Source: a bacterium (GTDB taxonomy: Bacteria > Electryoneota > Electryoneia > Electryoneales > Electryoneaceae). From it: 16,901 nt of DNA. The position numbers and the translations under genes were made by a program. Below are positions 14,739 to 16,901 of the stretch, one piece after another; the first letter of the stretch is position 1, and each line of letters begins with the position of its first letter. The notes under the pieces were generated by a model. The model was not told where the DNA came from, searched no databases, and saw only the letters and a list, made by a program, of their open reading frames with translations. The stretch covers positions 1-16,901 of the forward strand of contig JAZDLX010000172.1 in NCBI GenBank assembly GCA_043801585.1, given 5' to 3'.

Positions 14739-16045
14739 CGCACCGCTCCCAGTATTTTCAACATGTCGGTCACGAACTTGAACATCCCGACATCCTTGCG
14801 AATGCTGCGGAACAGGTTCTTCTCCACCTCCGCCTTGGATGTTTCGTCGATGGTGAAGTATTCCTCCAGCCACTTTGACACGTAGCCGGGGTAATCCCGC
14901 AGCACATGGGGATACCTGTTGAAGAAATCGGGGATCCTGCGGAATTTCTTCATGTCCTTGAGCACGAATTTCGCTTCCAGTTTCGCCCGGTAAGGCGCCA
15001 GAGCTTCGGCGGAACCGATGTCGATCCCCTTCTCTTTCGCCTCGATGATCGTTTCGGCGGCGAGGATACCGCTGCCCATCGCGAGATTCGTTCCCTCATG
15101 GTAAACGCTGCCGTTGACAAGTCCCGCAGTGTCCCCCACCAGCAGCAATCCGGGCATACTCATCTTCGGCAGGTGATTGTACCCGTATTCAGGGATCATG
15201 TGCGCGGCGTACTCAAGCGACTCGCCGCCCTGGATCAGTTTCCGTATCGTCGGAAGGTTCTTGAAATGTTCGAGCAGATCGTTCAGCGTTTCCTTTTGTT
15301 CGATCAGGTCGTGCACGGTGAGTCCGAGGCCGATCGACACCGACTCTCCGTTGGTGTAAACGAACCCCATCCCGAAACGGCCTTTGACCGGCTCCCCGAA
15401 ATACTCAATGGCAACGCCCTCATCCCCTTCGAGCAGGAATCGGTCTTCGATCACGCCTTTGGGCAATCCAATCACCTCTTTGACGTTGGTGACCATGTGG
15501 CGTTTCGGCAGCTCCGGTTTCATCAGGCCCACCTGCCGTGCGAGGAACGCCTGTGCGCCCTCGCCGGAGATGACCACGCGCGCCCGCATTTCCTCGTCGC
15601 CCGGCTTGACCTTGACGCCGACGACACGGCCGTCCTCGACGACGAGTTCGCTGACCATGAATCCGCTGAAGACCTGAGCGCCCACCGCCTCGGCCTGCTC
15701 CGCGAACCAGCGGTCAAACCGTCCACGCAATGCGGTGACGGTGTGATTCCACGGTTTGTCACGCCATCTGCCCACTTTCAGGTCCATCGCCACTTCCCGA
15801 TCACCCGCGAGGAATCCGAAACGGCGGCGTGTCACATGCCGTTCGAAGGGAGCATTTGTATTGGATTCCGGGATCAGTTTCAGGAGTTGATGGGTGAACA
15901 GGATGCCACCGTAGACATTCTTCGACCCGGGATACTCCCCGCGCTCGAGGACAACGACTTCCAGACCCGCCCGTGCGAGGGTGATGGCGGCGCTGATGCC
16001 TGAGGGTCCAGCGCCGACAATCAGAACGTCAAATTGTTCATCCAT
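14735..16045 (-). CDS. fixC: FixC/EtfC FAD-dependent electron-transfer-flavoprotein:quinone oxidoreductase subunit
   Basis: FDVLIVGAGPSG Rossmann motif, ERGEYPGSKNVYGG, RGRFDRWFA, EYAAHMIPEYG, LLVGDTAGLV and EGTNLAMGSG. Translationally coupled to fixX. Confidence 0.93.
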   Translation of the reverse strand: MDEQFDVLIVGAGPSGISAAITLARAGLEVVVLERGEYPGSKNVYGGILFTHQLLKLIPESNTNAPFERHVTRRRFGFLAGDREVAMDLKVGRWRDKPWNHTVTALRGRFDRWFAEQAEAVGAQVFSGFMVSELVVEDGRVVGVKVKPGDEEMRARVVISGEGAQAFLARQVGLMKPELPKRHMVTNVKEVIGLPKGVIEDRFLLEGDEGVAIEYFGEPVKGRFGMGFVYTNGESVSIGLGLTVHDLIEQKETLNDLLEHFKNLPTIRKLIQGGESLEYAAHMIPEYGYNHLPKMSMPGLLLVGDTAGLVNGSVYHEGTNLAMGSGILAAETIIEAKEKGIDIGSAEALAPYRAKLEAKFVLKDMKKFRRIPDFFNRYPHVLRDYPGYVSKWLEEYFTIDETSKAEVEKNLFRSIRKDVGMFKFVTDMLKILGAVR

Positions 16046-16086
16046 GGATGTGTTTCACGTTTGTTGAAAGAATCTCTGTTCTGCGC

Positions 16087-16114
16087 AAGATAGCGTCGTT
16101 CAGATCGGATGCAA
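16087..16114 (-). promoter_or_regulatory. Putative sigma70 promoter of fixCX
   Basis: TTGCAT, 16-nt spacer, TATCTT, about 40 nt upstream of the fixC ATG. Confidence 0.5.
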
Positions 16115-16221
16115 ACCGGAGTCCCTCGGCCGCGCCGCAGGCAGCCGAAACCCGCCTCTGTGGCGAAAGATGGCATTACTTTTGCTCTCTTGGTGGCAGG
16201 GAAACTTGCAGGAGGTATGTC

Positions 16222-16901
16222 ATGAACAGAATCCTTCGAATCTTCATAGGGGGTCTCGCACTGCTAATAGCCGCCACGTTTTCATTCCCCGCTTCGAACG
16301 CCGTCGCAGGACAGCCGAAGCCAATGTCTGACAAACCGACCCAAGCCACCGAAGAGAAAGCCCAGCAGAACCACCAGCAAAGCTCCATACAGAAACCCAT
16401 GCCACAGTCCGTGCAGAGTCCAGTGCCCAAAGCGTCCAACAAGGCAGCTGAAACACCCCGTTCGTCACCTGTGACGTCTAATCCAGCGCCCAAAGCGCCA
16501 CGATCAGCATCAGCATCGTCCAATCCAGCACCCAAAGTTGCCAGTTCAGAACTCAAAACGTCCATTCCGGTCGCCGAAGCAACCCGTTCAGCACCTGTGG
16601 TGTCCAATCCAATCGCCAAAGTAGCCCGTTCAGCACCTGTGGTGTCCAATCCAGTCGCCAAAACACACCGATTGGAACCTAAAACGTCCATTCCAGTCAC
16701 CAAAGTACCCCGTTCAGCACCCGTGGCGTCCAATCCAGCACACACTGCATCCGAACCGCTACACATTGTGCGCCGTTTGCCAGCCAGGTCTTATCACGCC
16801 AAATACAACAATATCAACTATTACTACGATAGCGGCATCTTCTACCGAAAGGATCACTCCGGCTATTGCAGGGTCCCCGCTCCAATCGGTTTCCGCGTTC
16901 C
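16222..16901 (+). CDS. Secreted Pro/Ser/Ala-rich repeat protein with a C-terminal DUF6515-like domain; 3' end beyond the window
   Basis: Not in the ORF track. AGGAGG lies 6 nt before ATG 16222. Signal peptide MNRILRIFIGGLALLIAATFSFPASNAVA. The frame is open to the edge and ends IVRRLPARSYHAKYNNINYYYDSGIFYRKDHSGYCRVPAPIGFRV, which resembles the DUF6515 YYY-xx-G-x-FY...APIG pattern. Confidence 0.85.
   Translation, partial: MNRILRIFIGGLALLIAATFSFPASNAVAGQPKPMSDKPTQATEEKAQQNHQQSSIQKPMPQSVQSPVPKASNKAAETPRSSPVTSNPAPKAPRSASASSNPAPKVASSELKTSIPVAEATRSAPVVSNPIAKVARSAPVVSNPVAKTHRLEPKTSIPVTKVPRSAPVASNPAHTASEPLHIVRRLPARSYHAKYNNINYYYDSGIFYRKDHSGYCRVPAPIGFRV
16450..16743 (+). repeat. Seven tandem 42-nt (14-aa) coding repeats
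   Basis: ETPRSSPVTSNPAP / KAPRSASASSNPAP / KVASSELKTSIPVA / EATRSAPVVSNPIA / KVARSAPVVSNPVA / KTHRLEPKTSIPVT / KVPRSAPVASNPAH. Confidence 0.9.

Noticed and set aside
16176..16766. Minus-strand 196-aa ORF from the track
   Set aside because: It is the antisense shadow of the plus-strand gene at 16222, which has a strong SD, a signal peptide and a recognisable C-terminal motif.

Overview
Bacterial chromosomal window, about 55% GC, with a gene content typical of a Gram-negative organism; an FCB-group lineage is a guess. Left to right: a partial membrane glycosyltransferase-like gene, a stand-alone receiver protein, a REP-associated tyrosine transposase (RAYT) between perfect 30-nt inverted REPs, a TetR-led LolD/LolCE/LolA-like ABC operon, a REC-DHp protein with no ATPase domain, two tandem MacB/FtsX-type permeases behind a sigma54-type promoter, a DUF4282-like membrane protein, tRNA-Pro(CGG), fixC-fixX without adjacent fixAB, and the 5' part of a secreted Pro/Ser-rich repeat protein (DUF6515-like) missed by the ORF track. 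Intergenic regions carry three families of palindromic repeats. The most interesting unannotated signal is a candidate ~145-nt minus-strand small RNA (about 13939-14084). It has an ECF-sigma-type promoter, two hairpins whose loops share an 18-nt motif ending in anti-Shine-Dalgarno UUCCU, and a U-tract end. All family calls come from motif recognition by eye, not from database searches.
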